A stretch of DNA of 64,000 nt from Octopus sinensis (lineage: Eukaryota). The stretch spans positions 4,216,001 to 4,280,000 of the forward strand of contig NC_043004.1 of assembly GCF_006345805.1 (NCBI RefSeq), read 5' to 3'. The stretch's first letter is position 1. The number at the start of each line of letters is the position of its first letter. The notes under the pieces are model-generated. The model was not told where the DNA came from. It did no database searches and was given only the letters and a program-made list of their open reading frames with translations. Shown one piece after another: positions 62,763 through 64,000 of this stretch. The translations under genes were made by a program, and so were the position numbers.

Positions 62763-63598
62763 GCTTAGCAGTATTTCTGAAAGCTACAAGGGAACAAAAT
62801 CGGTGGGACACACATGAGTAGGTATGCCTGTTTTGTTTATTTCCTTTGGGGTGGGAATCGATAAAGTAAATACCAGAAATATTCCTAGAGTTGTATCTGT
62901 AGGTTGTACCTATTCCTTCTCTAAAATGTGTGGCTTTTGCAAATTGAAAACTCGATCGATATTTAAGGAAACACTCAGGAACTTTTGCGAAGAAAAATAA
63001 ACAATGGTTACCAAGACAAGTCGAGACATGTTTCCGACTTCCATATTACAGTTCTAATCCTCTTAAATTAGTGACTAGATAAGACTAGTGTGACCAAAAG
63101 ATTTAACAGCATTAGGAACATAGACATTGAAATGACTTTATGGTGGCAATTCATGATAAGCAATTGAAAACTTTGAATTTTCATTTTATTTGACAATGCA
63201 GTAGCTTGCTAATCTTTTTTACTCAAATAACAAGGAATCGTAAGATTTATGCTTGGCTTGTATTTTCCAGATGACCGGTGCATTTCCTTATGTATGACAC
63301 GCTGTTCTAGTGTGTCTGGCTTTTCTCACGAAAGGGTATTTTTAAGCAGCGTTGCAATCTATTTAGAGTTAGACTGACACAGTTGTTAGAAGTTGAGCAT
63401 CTCAGCTATGGACAGTATAGTGCTGATGACAGGATCGAACAGTCGGTCTCTCGGCTGGTTCTCCGATATTCTATCGGCCTCCAACTTCTGTGAATACAAT
63501 CCCAAAAGATTATTAGTATTAGTAAGAAAGATATCGAGTCAAGAAAATTAAGTTATTTTCTGCTAAGCTAGTAAGCACTTGTAGCAGACCCTTAGTGA

Positions 63599-63601
<3 letters not shown>

Positions 63602-63686
<85 letters not shown>
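63602..63686. repeat. (CT)n/(GA)n microsatellite
   Basis: About 85 bp of nearly pure CT repeat, and the source of the poly-ER ORF. Confidence 0.95.
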
Positions 63687-64000
63687 GTTATATATAACAT
63701 AAATACAAACATAGCAGATAACAGCTAACATTCGGCCGCTTGGACCCTGTTGGGTCCACTACTTTGATTGCTTGGTATTGGCGCAATTTGTCTCTTGCTC
63801 TATTACGCGCCAATGTGCAACCCAACCAATCGCAGCCTTCTAATAAGATCCGTGACACAGTTTTTCTAAAGCTCTGTTTGAGCCTATAATTTGCTATAAA
63901 ACTTCAGCGATTCACTGTATTTCGTCTTTGGTTCTAGACCTTCTAAAGTCTAACCACTGACCACAGAGCACTCAACCAGTTCCAACGACTACACCAGTAA

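Noticed and set aside
63720-63900. CCAAT-box-like cluster near the window end
   Set aside because: Short motifs alone are insufficient and no associated exon is visible.

Overview
Eukaryotic, AT-rich, microsatellite-dense DNA. The repeat families look like those of Octopus/coleoid cephalopods; this is recognition from memory, not a database result. Only one host protein-coding exon is well supported: an 89-nt first coding exon on the minus strand (43112-43200, MDVLDSNIRFASQEDEVKYWRTKAEETQR(E/D)). It resembles the N-terminus of NudE (NDE1/NDEL1) and ends at the same phase-2 intron position as the vertebrate genes. A candidate non-coding first exon and promoter lie at about 43.5-43.9 kb. I could not find NudE exon 2 by eye, so 1-43.1 kb is probably one very long, CpG-depleted intron. 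The rest is mostly mobile DNA: tRNA-derived and non-tRNA SINE-like families, mariner remnants, piggyBac-type and hAT-type MITEs, two non-autonomous Helitrons, a LINE fragment and a 1036-bp solo LTR. The most interesting observations are (i) three fold-back palindromes carrying intact or split minimal type-I hammerhead ribozyme cores (37.7, 54.8 and 62.3 kb), (ii) a templated-insertion duplication A-B-C-A' at 28.3-29.1 kb, (iii) a CpG-retaining, phase-compatible candidate alternative first exon (ATG GCG TG|GTAAGT) deep in the intron, and (iv) candidate poison or cassette exons near the promoter. Nearly all ORFs in the supplied track are translations of repeats or microsatellites. All calls were made by eye, and coordinates of decayed repeats are approximate.
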